This document shows positions 53,761 to 61,412 of a stretch of DNA of 64,000 bases, in pieces. Under the pieces are notes generated by a model that saw only the letters and a list, made by a program, of their open reading frames with translations, did not search any database and was not told the origin of the DNA. The DNA is from a virus: the IMG/VR virus record IMGVR_UViG_3300045988_159115, one strand, 5' to 3'. Made by a program: the position numbers and the translations under genes. How positions within the stretch are numbered: position 1 is the first letter of the stretch; each line of letters begins with the position of its first letter.

Positions 53761-54186
53761 TTAAGTAATCTTTTCTTGGTAATCGGCTTCCATAGAGAGA
53801 AGCTCTTCCATCGTATCAATCGTTGGAGCCTCCTCTGGATCTATCTCGTCCTCTAAAATTAAGATGGCTTTCTCTATATGCTTTTTCTTTTTATCAGAGA
53901 GATCCGAATATTCCAAGACGTTTAAGAGGACATCTCTAGCGTACTTAATATCATAATTACGCTGACTAGACACATCTTCAAGAGCAGTATAATATTTCGA
54001 CGGAATATAGTCTTCCCCATATCGAACCAAAATCAAATCTGCTCTATCGGATGCTGCTAGTTCCTTTTTTCTTACTTTCACAATCCCACTGATAAACTTC
54101 TTGTTTTTCACAACGAAGCTATTGATATGATCAAGGTCGTCGCTTATTGCAAGAAGCTTTCCACCTGTGGAAATTACACCATACAC
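53761..54186 (-). CDS. hypothetical protein (141 aa)
   Basis: ORF with a GTG start in the track. RBS spacing is poor, so the start is uncertain. Confidence 0.65.
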   Translation of the reverse strand: MYGVISTGGKLLAISDDLDHINSFVVKNKKFISGIVKVRKKELAASDRADLILVRYGEDYIPSKYYTALEDVSSQRNYDIKYARDVLLNVLEYSDLSDKKKKHIEKAILILEDEIDPEEAPTIDTMEELLSMEADYQEKIT

Positions 54187-54218
54187 ACTCGGTACTCACA
54201 TCCTTTCTTTCTTACTCG

Positions 54219-54719
54219 TTAGACACAGAGTGCAAGATCATGTACCTTTACGAGTTTCGTGATAAAATTGACGGGCAAAACTTCTTTCACATAGGAAGTT
54301 CTTAAGAAGATTCCAATGACTTCGGCAATCTTCAAAGCGATCGTTTTTACAATCGGGATCACTGCACCCAGTACGGCCATGACTGTATCCAGGAATCCGA
54401 TTTTCGTCCATTTCTCACTGATCTTTTTCCTTTCCTTGATGCCCTGGATGGAATAATAGAATTCCTTCTCTTTCCCATTGATCATGGTACGATGCTTTCG
54501 ATCAACTCGTTTGTCGACTTCAAAGAGTCTCATCCGAGTATATTCGATCTCATCGAGAATGGAATCAATATTTCGATCCAGAGCGCTCTTATACTGATTG
54601 ATTCCCTTCTTAAGGCGTTTTGCATTCTTCTCCTTTCCATCGTCCCAGAAGAGTTCGTCGTGCCAATTTACTTCATACCCCCATTTCTTACTTCCTTTGC
54701 TTTTCTTTTTCTTGGCCAT
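54219..54719 (-). CDS. hypothetical protein with basic N-terminus and C-terminal TM helix (166 aa)
   Basis: Begins MAKKKKSKGSKKWG… and contains the hydrophobic stretch FLDTVMAVLGAVIPIVKTIALKIAEVIGIFL. AAGGAAGG RBS. Confidence 0.8.
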   Translation of the reverse strand: MAKKKKSKGSKKWGYEVNWHDELFWDDGKEKNAKRLKKGINQYKSALDRNIDSILDEIEYTRMRLFEVDKRVDRKHRTMINGKEKEFYYSIQGIKERKKISEKWTKIGFLDTVMAVLGAVIPIVKTIALKIAEVIGIFLRTSYVKEVLPVNFITKLVKVHDLALCV

Positions 54720-54749
54720 GATTTTGCGTACCTTCCTTATGTGAGATTC

Positions 54750-54778
54750 TTGACTAAGTAATTTCCCTAGTCTAATAT
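54750..54778 (+). promoter_or_regulatory. sigma-A/sigma-70-type promoter (TTGACT - 17 nt - TAATAT)
   Basis: TTGACT at 54750..54755, an exact 17-nt spacer, and TAATAT at 54773..54778. It points into an ORF-free region that ends at the plus-strand terminator at 54931..54976. Confidence 0.45.
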
Positions 54779-54790
54779 ATAATATATAAA
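54774..54790 (-). promoter_or_regulatory. promoter-like box TTTATATATTATATATT (coding-strand reading)
   Basis: Identical 17-mer to 10727..10743. Lies 54 nt upstream of the ATG at 54719. Overlaps the divergent plus-strand promoter. Confidence 0.45.
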
Positions 54791-54976
54791 TGAATCTAAA
54801 AACAATAAATTAGCTCCTACTTGAGGTTGCGAACGTTTTTGCTTTGCCGCTCGTAGACGCTCATGCAACGTAAGAGCTTTTAGGGGAAAGCGACAAAAGA
54901 AGGGTGAACCTTTTGTCGTGGGAAGGTGATACAGCCAGCCGGTTTGTCTTTGTGATAGCCGGCTGGCTGTATTTTT
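54786..54976 (+). ncRNA. candidate ~190-nt small RNA
   Basis: Bounded by the TTGACT-17-TAATAT promoter and a strong plus-strand terminator. No ORF is present. Contains the internal hairpin CGACAAAAG…CTTTTGTCG. The family is unknown. Confidence 0.35.
54931..54976 (+). terminator. plus-strand rho-independent terminator
   Basis: 12-bp GC-rich stem ACAGCCAGCCGG / CCGGCTGGCTGT followed by ATTTTT. There is no U-tract in the minus orientation. Confidence 0.75.
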
Positions 54977-55139
54977 AATCTTATAACAAAATGATAGCGA
55001 TGAAGCAGAGAGCTACATATGCTCATCGTATCAAGTAATGTAGCACAGGTATTATCCTTTTTCTACATTTCATTACCGCAAATTTCATTTTCGTTTTCAC
55101 ACCAACCGTTTTCGAAACAAACCCAAGCTTCATTCTGCC

Positions 55140-55180
55140 AAAAGACCACCTATAGTGCCGCAAGCTATAGGTGGTCTTTT
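55140..55180. terminator. bidirectional terminator hairpin
   Basis: 16-bp stem AAAAGACCACCTATAG / CTATAGGTGGTCTTTT with a 9-nt loop. Confidence 0.7.
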
Positions 55181-55259
55181 ATTGCTAGAACAAAGTCTTA
55201 TGGGAGTACCATAGAAAGACTTTCTCTGCATTGTGACGCTTTTTCGGTTTCTCTTTTTC

Positions 55260-55304
55260 CCGGCGACTCAGCTACTATTTCAGTAAACTGAGTCGCCGGT
55301 TTTT
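55260..55304 (+). terminator. plus-strand terminator abutting the stop of the 55303..56049 gene
   Basis: 12-bp stem CCGGCGACTCAG / CTGAGTCGCCGG followed by TTTTT. In the minus orientation the stem is followed by GGAAAAAG. Confidence 0.7.
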
Positions 55305-56049
55305 AATTGTCTTCAATGACGCCAATTGCTCTTAAAATCTTCATGGGATTCGTTTTATTATAATTATCTTCCATCCGAATGAAATCACTAATAACTTCTT
55401 CATGCTCTTTGGAGAAGGCAACTCCAACTTTCATATCCTTATAGGTAACATCTGTCGTTACAACACTAAGAGTTTGAGTGCTTCCAATTTCAAATGGAGT
55501 AAAAGAAGCTAATATGATTTCTTTATGGATTCCATAATGCGCTTTGTAATAGCTCACATTGGAATCTGTTTTTAAGAGCTCATCAATCACAAAGTCATTC
55601 ATCACAGCACTATCAATACCAAGCTCATTGAGATAATTCATGGTATCTCCGTATTCAGTGTGCTCGTAGATGACTTTGATTGTGATCCAGTAAAGACTAT
55701 AGTATTTCTTTAGACATGCGCTATCAGGATAAATCGTATCGTATAATTCATAATACGATACGAAAGTCTCATTCATCTGATTGCGACTATAATTCGATGA
55801 GGGTTTCGTAAGACGAGACACCTCATCTTCTTTTAAGGCGGTTAGCCAGACTTGATAGAATTCTTCATCTGTCATAGAGTTTCGGATACTCTCTACATCA
55901 CGCATAGTAAGAGATTCGGAATCTTTGACAGCACTTTTCAGAAAAGGGATACTCACACTAACTGCATTCACTTTCATAAAACCATACCCGAAGATGATAA
56001 GATATACGATAAGGACGACCAAGGCATATGGCCAAATTCGTTTGTTCAT
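55303..56049 (-). CDS. membrane-anchored hypothetical protein, paralog of 52269..53060 (248 aa)
   Basis: N-terminal TM segment WPYALVVLIVYLIIFGYGF and an AAAGGAG RBS. Shared motifs are listed under 52269..53060. Confidence 0.8.
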   Translation of the reverse strand: MNKRIWPYALVVLIVYLIIFGYGFMKVNAVSVSIPFLKSAVKDSESLTMRDVESIRNSMTDEEFYQVWLTALKEDEVSRLTKPSSNYSRNQMNETFVSYYELYDTIYPDSACLKKYYSLYWITIKVIYEHTEYGDTMNYLNELGIDSAVMNDFVIDELLKTDSNVSYYKAHYGIHKEIILASFTPFEIGSTQTLSVVTTDVTYKDMKVGVAFSKEHEEVISDFIRMEDNYNKTNPMKILRAIGVIEDN

Positions 56050-56117
56050 GATAGGATCTCCTTTGTGAAAAAGATACGGTATGACATTTAGAATTGTGTC
56101 ATACCGTATCTAATTTA

Positions 56118-57275
56118 TCAGCCTACCACAGATTCAACGATCTGAAGATAGATATTGATGTCGTTCTTGAGAGCTTCGATTTCCTCATCCTGGAAAGGAG
56201 TTGCAACGAAATCCTTCACTTTTGCCATGGACATTTGCACGGTGTAAGTGATCGGAGTACCGTTGAAGATGAAGTTGAACTTATTCAGATCAACTGTCTG
56301 AGAGGAATCCAGCTCAACCTTAAACGAGTTGATGTAGTTAATCGCACTGGAAATGCGTGCATTATACTTCGTGATGATATCATCACTGACGTTGACGTTT
56401 TCCTTCTTATAGACGAGATTCAGATTCTCGTACTCTACGACTTTCCAAGAATCCCGTGCTCCAAAGAAAATCTGAGAGAAGAGATCGAATGTCGTATTGA
56501 ATACGAAGCCGATCGTGATATCTTCCGGGAAAACATACGGAGACGATTCCTGCGAAGCTTTGATACGATCAACCTGAAGAGCGAGGTTTTTCGGATCGGT
56601 TCCGAGGAAGTTCAGCTGGCCAAATGGAGTATTGACGTATGCGATATTGCAGATAGCATCGGAGTAGTCAAAGAAGTTCTTCTTTGCCTCGAACATCGAG
56701 ACTGCATCAACAGCCTTCATATGAGAAAGCATATATGCATAGAAGTTCTGTACGAATCGACCAGCACAGTTGGATTCAACAGCTTCATCGCCAGCATACT
56801 CTGTCCACGTTTTTGAAGTATGCTTTTCGTTATCAGTGGTCGTGAAGACTTCATTTACAACCGCACCAGTAACTGCCATGATAGCAGCGCCATTGAAGAT
56901 AGCCAGGACATGATGCTTCATGCAGCCAACGGGCAGTACATTATTGACATTGCACTTATTAGCGTCGATGTCTGAGTCGTGAATCATTTCGCCATGGATA
57001 GACAGAATCGCATCCAGCTTCTGATGAACGTCCATCTGCTTCTCTTTATTGACGAAATTCTCGAACTTCATGTCCAGTTCACGAAGTTCAGAACAGAAGG
57101 TTTTCAGATAGAACTTCTCCATGGTGGTAATGTCTTCCATCTCAATGCTGAGCATTGCATGCTGGACGTACTTACCAAAATCGGAGCCGAATCCGGACTT
57201 ATTCAGTTTTGCTGCATCCTTGTAGCCTTCAAACAAACGCTGAAAACCACAAGCTCTTACCTTTTTGATAATCAT
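56118..57275 (-). CDS. hypothetical protein (385 aa)
   Basis: Complete ORF with a GAGGTGA RBS. Its start overlaps the stop of the upstream 64-aa gene by 4 nt. No motif recognised (no ThyX RHR and no ligase KxDG). Confidence 0.85.
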   Translation of the reverse strand: MIIKKVRACGFQRLFEGYKDAAKLNKSGFGSDFGKYVQHAMLSIEMEDITTMEKFYLKTFCSELRELDMKFENFVNKEKQMDVHQKLDAILSIHGEMIHDSDIDANKCNVNNVLPVGCMKHHVLAIFNGAAIMAVTGAVVNEVFTTTDNEKHTSKTWTEYAGDEAVESNCAGRFVQNFYAYMLSHMKAVDAVSMFEAKKNFFDYSDAICNIAYVNTPFGQLNFLGTDPKNLALQVDRIKASQESSPYVFPEDITIGFVFNTTFDLFSQIFFGARDSWKVVEYENLNLVYKKENVNVSDDIITKYNARISSAINYINSFKVELDSSQTVDLNKFNFIFNGTPITYTVQMSMAKVKDFVATPFQDEEIEALKNDINIYLQIVESVVG

Positions 57276-57466
57276 TCGCTTTCACCTCGTAATTCAGTAT
57301 CTTTTACTAGAATCTTGCATGTGTAGATTCCGTTTTCGAACGTTGCATTGTCACAGTGGCTGCAAGTTTCTGTAGTCTGCTTATCAGAGCAGAACTGCTT
57401 ATATACCTCATTTGCAGAGCAGCAGCCAAGCGGACAATCATAACCATGAATATTAGTGGTTGGCAT
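57272..57466 (-). CDS. small Cys-rich (zinc-ribbon-like) protein (64 aa)
   Basis: Seven Cys residues, including CPLGCC and CSHC. Overlaps both neighbouring genes, which suggests translational coupling. Confidence 0.65.
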   Translation of the reverse strand: MPTTNIHGYDCPLGCCSANEVYKQFCSDKQTTETCSHCDNATFENGIYTCKILVKDTELRGESE

Positions 57467-58079
57467 ATTCTTTCATCCTCTCTTTTCGATCAGTATCAAT
57501 GATATCATCCATGTATAGAATGATATTGCGTGTAGTATTAAATGCATACCCGTCGTTATTGAAAGTATTTTCAGGACGGATTCCAGCATCATATAATACT
57601 TTTTGAGTATATCTCTCCTCGTCAGATTGGAATCTTCGCTTGAACTCTTCGAAGTTCGGATGCTCAAGACGCATTTCACGCATTTCAAGTCTCTTATAGC
57701 GAATACCACTGTCGATGGAGATATAGATGGGATAGACTGTGATTCCAGGAACTGCCATGCAGGTTGGGATCACATCCGGCGTCATGGTTGTGATGGAATA
57801 ATTTGATTCAGGAAATCCTGTACCATATTTCCATACGTCACCCTGTGCCTGAGTGTATTTTCTATGTTCCATGAGGAGGTTGTGCTGAATCATCAGTTCG
57901 AATTGGTCATCCGTAATGAAGAAGTATTCATCAGAATTCTTTTCATTACTTCTCATAGGACGAGTTGTGTAGCTCTGGAGTTTTTCGATATCTTTTCCTT
58001 TTACTTCTCGGATCATGTTGAGAATTGTGGATTTTCCACTACCAGTTTTTCCGAGAAGAACGAATACAAGTTTATTCAT
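57453..58079 (-). CDS. gmk: guanylate-kinase-like nucleoside monophosphate kinase (208 aa)
   Basis: P-loop GKTGSGKST. SYTTRPMRSNEKNSDEYFFITDDQFELMIQHNLLMEHRKY…YGT parallels E. coli Gmk [47 protein letters not shown]. The ATG at 58079 follows GGAGG by 9 nt. Confidence 0.8.
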   Translation of the reverse strand: MNKLVFVLLGKTGSGKSTILNMIREVKGKDIEKLQSYTTRPMRSNEKNSDEYFFITDDQFELMIQHNLLMEHRKYTQAQGDVWKYGTGFPESNYSITTMTPDVIPTCMAVPGITVYPIYISIDSGIRYKRLEMREMRLEHPNFEEFKRRFQSDEERYTQKVLYDAGIRPENTFNNDGYAFNTTRNIILYMDDIIDTDRKERMKEYANH

Positions 58080-58184
58080 ATTATTTTCCTCCGGCATTGA
58101 TGAAGTTTAGAATTCTGTCTTAAGAATAGTTTCTCAGCAAAAACGTAATATTAACGGTTCCACCATAAGAAAGGAGAAATATCT

Positions 58185-58589
58185 ATGGAAACGATTATCA
58201 CCATGCTGGGCAGTGACGTTTGGACTGTCCTCGTTACCCTCATTTCCATCGTTCTTGTCTTCGTTGGCATTATCGCATCAAAGGTTCTTCTGCTTCTTTC
58301 AAAGAAGCTCGGAATCGACGTTGATGCTCAGACCATGAAGACGATTCAGGCTCTTGTCAATAAGCTGGTTCAGGCAATGAATCAGAGTGTTGTCAATGAC
58401 CTGAAGAAAGCGAATCCGGATGGTAAGCTGACTGCTGAGCAGAAGGCACAGGTATTCAATGATGTACGAAATGATTTGGAGAAGTCTCTGACTGATGAAG
58501 AGAAGCAGTATCTGATTGATAAGTTTAAAGATCTTGATACTGCACTGAAGGCATTGATTGAGTCCTCTGTTGGTGAGAACCATAAGTAA
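58185..58589 (+). CDS. holin-like membrane protein (LL-H holin family pattern), 134 aa
   Basis: Single N-terminal TM helix VWTVLVTLISIVLVFVGIIASKVLLLL followed by a helical domain. The pattern …LVQAMNQ…GKLTAEQKAQV…LKALIESSV is what I associate with Phage_holin_6_1 (LL-H). Confidence 0.5.
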   Translation: METIITMLGSDVWTVLVTLISIVLVFVGIIASKVLLLLSKKLGIDVDAQTMKTIQALVNKLVQAMNQSVVNDLKKANPDGKLTAEQKAQVFNDVRNDLEKSLTDEEKQYLIDKFKDLDTALKALIESSVGENHK

Positions 58590-58592
58590 TTG

Positions 58593-58634
58593 AAAGCACC
58601 CTAGTAGTTTTTCATAGCTACTAGGGTGCTTTTG
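58593..58634 (+). terminator. rho-independent terminator
   Basis: 15-bp stem AAAGCACCCTAGTAG / CTACTAGGGTGCTTT followed by TG. Confidence 0.75.
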
Positions 58635-58661
58635 AGAAAAGAATTTTCATTCAGACTCATA

Positions 58662-58677
58662 TTTATATATTATATTG
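58662..58677 (+). promoter_or_regulatory. promoter-like box TTTATATATTATATTG
   Basis: 29 nt upstream of the ATG at 58707. Confidence 0.45.
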
Positions 58678-58706
58678 ATAGATGGATAGAAAGGAGGGTG
58701 ATTATT

Positions 58707-59225
58707 ATGGACCAAGAATACATGAAAATTTGGTTAATCTATCTCATTGATCAAGATGAGCCAAATATTTATGGCTATTCTACCAATAAAGAATTGGTGA
58801 AGAAATTTAGAGAAACTAGGAATATGAAGCATTATAAGATATTCAAACGAGTTATTACGAAGGGAGAGTTTGAAAGTATTTCGTTTGAATATATGACGGC
58901 AATCTTAATGGAATTCGAAGGATATGGAAAAGACCAGAACGGCTACCCGATTCCATTTAAATTTGTCGTCACACAAAAAGAATTAAACCACATTCGTGCA
59001 AGAGAATCGTTCTTATTTGAAACGGAAATATTCAAACTTGTTTCCGTGAATCATGGAATGGCTGTAAAGAATTCGTATCGAGATGCACTTGCGTCTCTCA
59101 TGTATTTCGTTTACAATAGTTACCTGTCTGATCAAACTGACCTAAGTGAACGAATGATTTTAGCACGAACCAAACGAAATGATTTTGAGGTACTGATGGA
59201 ATTATATAAGGATGTGATATTGTGA
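58707..59225 (+). CDS. MKVY-family paralog B (172 aa)
   Basis: The ATG at 58707 follows AAAGGAGG by 8 nt. Shares KIWLIYL, NIYGYSTNKELVKKFRETRNMKHY and YRDALASL with the family. Confidence 0.8.
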   Translation: MDQEYMKIWLIYLIDQDEPNIYGYSTNKELVKKFRETRNMKHYKIFKRVITKGEFESISFEYMTAILMEFEGYGKDQNGYPIPFKFVVTQKELNHIRARESFLFETEIFKLVSVNHGMAVKNSYRDALASLMYFVYNSYLSDQTDLSERMILARTKRNDFEVLMELYKDVIL

Positions 59226-59875
59226 AAGTATATCGGTACTATCTTCAACTTCCAGATGATTTTTCAAAGACTCTTCCAGAGGAATCACGACAGGCTTTTT
59301 ATCTTATCGAATCTGGTCTTGAGAAATTGCAATCCGTGAAACGTGACGGATATATCATCTACTTCTATGCTTTTACAAACCGGAAGGCATTGGCAAAGCA
59401 ATTTGAAGAGCTTCACAACATGAGCCTCTTTTCTACCTACCATAAGAAGATGTCTAAGAAAGAATACAAAGAGCTTTTGAAGATGCATCCATATTCGGAG
59501 TTTAAACTCCAAGAAATTGATGAGTTTTCTTATGGTGGGCAGAAAGGATATATGTATTGCACCGGTGCAGAAGCATATGATTTATATGGGGCGGCATATG
59601 ATTTCATAGTAAATAAGCTGATGGATGTCTCTGTCTACCCATATGATATGATAAAGCAAAAATACCAAGTATCATTGGATATCCTTCGTTATACCTATTA
59701 TTACGATTGCGTTTTCTCTGATGATCTGTCACAGTTGAGTGATATGGAGTCATATGGCTTGACTCCTCTTGGATACGGATGTGGAGAGCACGTTCATCCA
59801 AATCTTCTTACCTGCTATGCTCGAATTTATGCACCACTATTAAAGAAAGGAAGTGTGCCCCTTGAAAGTCTATAA
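59222..59875 (+). CDS. MKVY-family paralog C (217 aa)
   Basis: GTG start in a GTGA overlap with the preceding stop. Contains MKVYRYYL and YFYAFTNRKALAKQFEELHNMSLF. Confidence 0.8.
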   Translation: MKVYRYYLQLPDDFSKTLPEESRQAFYLIESGLEKLQSVKRDGYIIYFYAFTNRKALAKQFEELHNMSLFSTYHKKMSKKEYKELLKMHPYSEFKLQEIDEFSYGGQKGYMYCTGAEAYDLYGAAYDFIVNKLMDVSVYPYDMIKQKYQVSLDILRYTYYYDCVFSDDLSQLSDMESYGLTPLGYGCGEHVHPNLLTCYARIYAPLLKKGSVPLESL

Positions 59876-60491
59876 ATTTTACCTCAGTCAAGATGATGAT
59901 ACGGTAAGACGGGCTATTGAGACTGGGAATAATATGCGCGATGTCCATCCTCTTTATGCATTTACAAACAGCAAAGAGATGCGAGACGAATTCGTAGAAA
60001 TGCATAATATGAAATGCTTTTACGAAGTCGTCTCGAAAATGCCGAAATCGGAATGGGCGGAGTTTGCAAATAATAATCGTGGCAGGCTCTTGGAATATTT
60101 TGATTATAAGACACGATTCTATGATGATGCTGGTGTCATGCATCTTACGGATGAAGCTACAAATGGAATGAGCGGAGTTTCGATTCTTTCTACCAATAGC
60201 GAGCGTCTTCAGATTGAGTCGAATACGGATATCTTTAATGGTGTTCAGCTCATCAATGGAGAGCTTGCAGATATTTCGTGGCCAAATCCTTGGATTCTTA
60301 AACCGAAGTATCAAGAATCTCTCTTAGCTTTAGCATACGATAATTTTTGGAGACTTCTCAGAGATCCCGCTCAGCCTAAACTTGATGAGTATGCACCAGA
60401 ATGCTACGATCCTTATTCTGAATGGTGTGATGCAACTTTTGACGAAGCAGCAGCTTATGTTGCTGAGTACAAAGACTATCTGCGGAAGTAA
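59862..60491 (+). CDS. MKVY-family paralog D (209 aa)
   Basis: The TTG at 59862 gives MKVYKFYL, as in paralogs A and C, with AAAGGAAG 9 nt upstream. The track start is a GTG at 59853. Contains LYAFTNSKEMRDEFVEMHNMKCF and KYQESLLAL. Confidence 0.75.
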   Translation: MKVYKFYLSQDDDTVRRAIETGNNMRDVHPLYAFTNSKEMRDEFVEMHNMKCFYEVVSKMPKSEWAEFANNNRGRLLEYFDYKTRFYDDAGVMHLTDEATNGMSGVSILSTNSERLQIESNTDIFNGVQLINGELADISWPNPWILKPKYQESLLALAYDNFWRLLRDPAQPKLDEYAPECYDPYSEWCDATFDEAAAYVAEYKDYLRK

Positions 60492-60528
60492 GCCTTGGAA
60501 CAGCTCTATAAGAAAGGAGCTGTGTTAC

Positions 60529-61194
60529 ATGACTGGTATTGATCGTATTCGTAAGAAGACGTTCCAAGCACCGGAAGATATGGAATATACCGTTACGTTT
60601 AATAACTCGAAAGATAAGACGAAGTTCATTAAGCGTTGCGAACGCCTTATCCGGTCTTCTATGGAATATCGAGATTACATTTCGTATTTGAAGGAGTACG
60701 TTGACATGAATCATTGTGCTTTCTTCAATAACGTTGAGAACGGGAATGGAAGTCGTGTTCGTATTGAGATTCATCATGAACCGTTTACACTGTACGATAT
60801 CACAAATGTCGTAGTGAACCGATTCCAGAAGGACGGCATTCCTCTGAATGATTACTTCATTGCCGATGAAGTGATGAAGCTTCATTATCAGAATGAGGTT
60901 GGCCTGATCCCTCTCTCAAAGTCGCTTCATCAGATGGTACACTTCTCGGATAACATCGTGATTCCGTTTAACCTCATCTACGGGAACTACCGTAAGTTTA
61001 TTGAGGATTACAGTGATTACTTTGATTTCGATGGTGATACCTCGATTCTCGATAAGTTTGAAGCAAAGGCTATTGATAGCCGGAAGTTCAGCGCAGAGAT
61101 GCTGAATAAGCTGACTCCGTCGTTTGTGTACATCGCAGTTGATGGCTTCTCGCTTCCTCAGAAAGTTCCTGTACAGGAATTGGAACACGCATAA
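60529..61194 (+). CDS. hypothetical protein with HNH-like (His-Me finger) pattern, 221 aa
   Basis: The ATG at 60529 follows AAAGGAG by 10 nt. The pattern is HCAFFNNVENGNGSRVRIEIHHEP … LIPLSKSLHQMVH. Also contains the string YFDFDGDT. The functional call is weak. Confidence 0.35.
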   Translation: MTGIDRIRKKTFQAPEDMEYTVTFNNSKDKTKFIKRCERLIRSSMEYRDYISYLKEYVDMNHCAFFNNVENGNGSRVRIEIHHEPFTLYDITNVVVNRFQKDGIPLNDYFIADEVMKLHYQNEVGLIPLSKSLHQMVHFSDNIVIPFNLIYGNYRKFIEDYSDYFDFDGDTSILDKFEAKAIDSRKFSAEMLNKLTPSFVYIAVDGFSLPQKVPVQELEHA

Positions 61195-61200
61195 AAACAG

Positions 61201-61252
61201 TTAGATGACTCCATGTAGCTTTGATATAACTACATGGAGTCATCTAATTTTG
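61201..61252 (+). terminator. rho-independent terminator
   Basis: 18-bp stem TTAGATGACTCCATGTAG / CTACATGGAGTCATCTAA followed by TTTTG. Confidence 0.8.
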
Positions 61253-61412
61253 AAAAAACACACATCGAAAAACCAAAGGAGAATCTATTAAAGAAAAGTC
61301 AGATTGTGAAAATCTTAGTTCCTTAGCCGATTGTTAGATGATGAAAAAGTAAATAACTGTCGACTATATGATAGATTGAAAGGTCTATTCTCAAATGAAA
61401 GGAAGCATTAGA

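Noticed and set aside
55019-55291. 90-aa plus-strand track ORF in the 54.7-55.3 kb gap.
   Set aside because: It has no RBS and runs through two strong terminator stem-loops (55140..55180 and 55260..55299). Its composition is not protein-like.
61020-61050. The string YFDFDGDT in the 221-aa protein resembles the NADFDGD catalytic loop of multisubunit RNA polymerase beta-prime.
   Set aside because: The protein is far too small (221 aa). There is no surrounding double-psi beta-barrel context that I can recognise. A five-residue acidic match is easily fortuitous.
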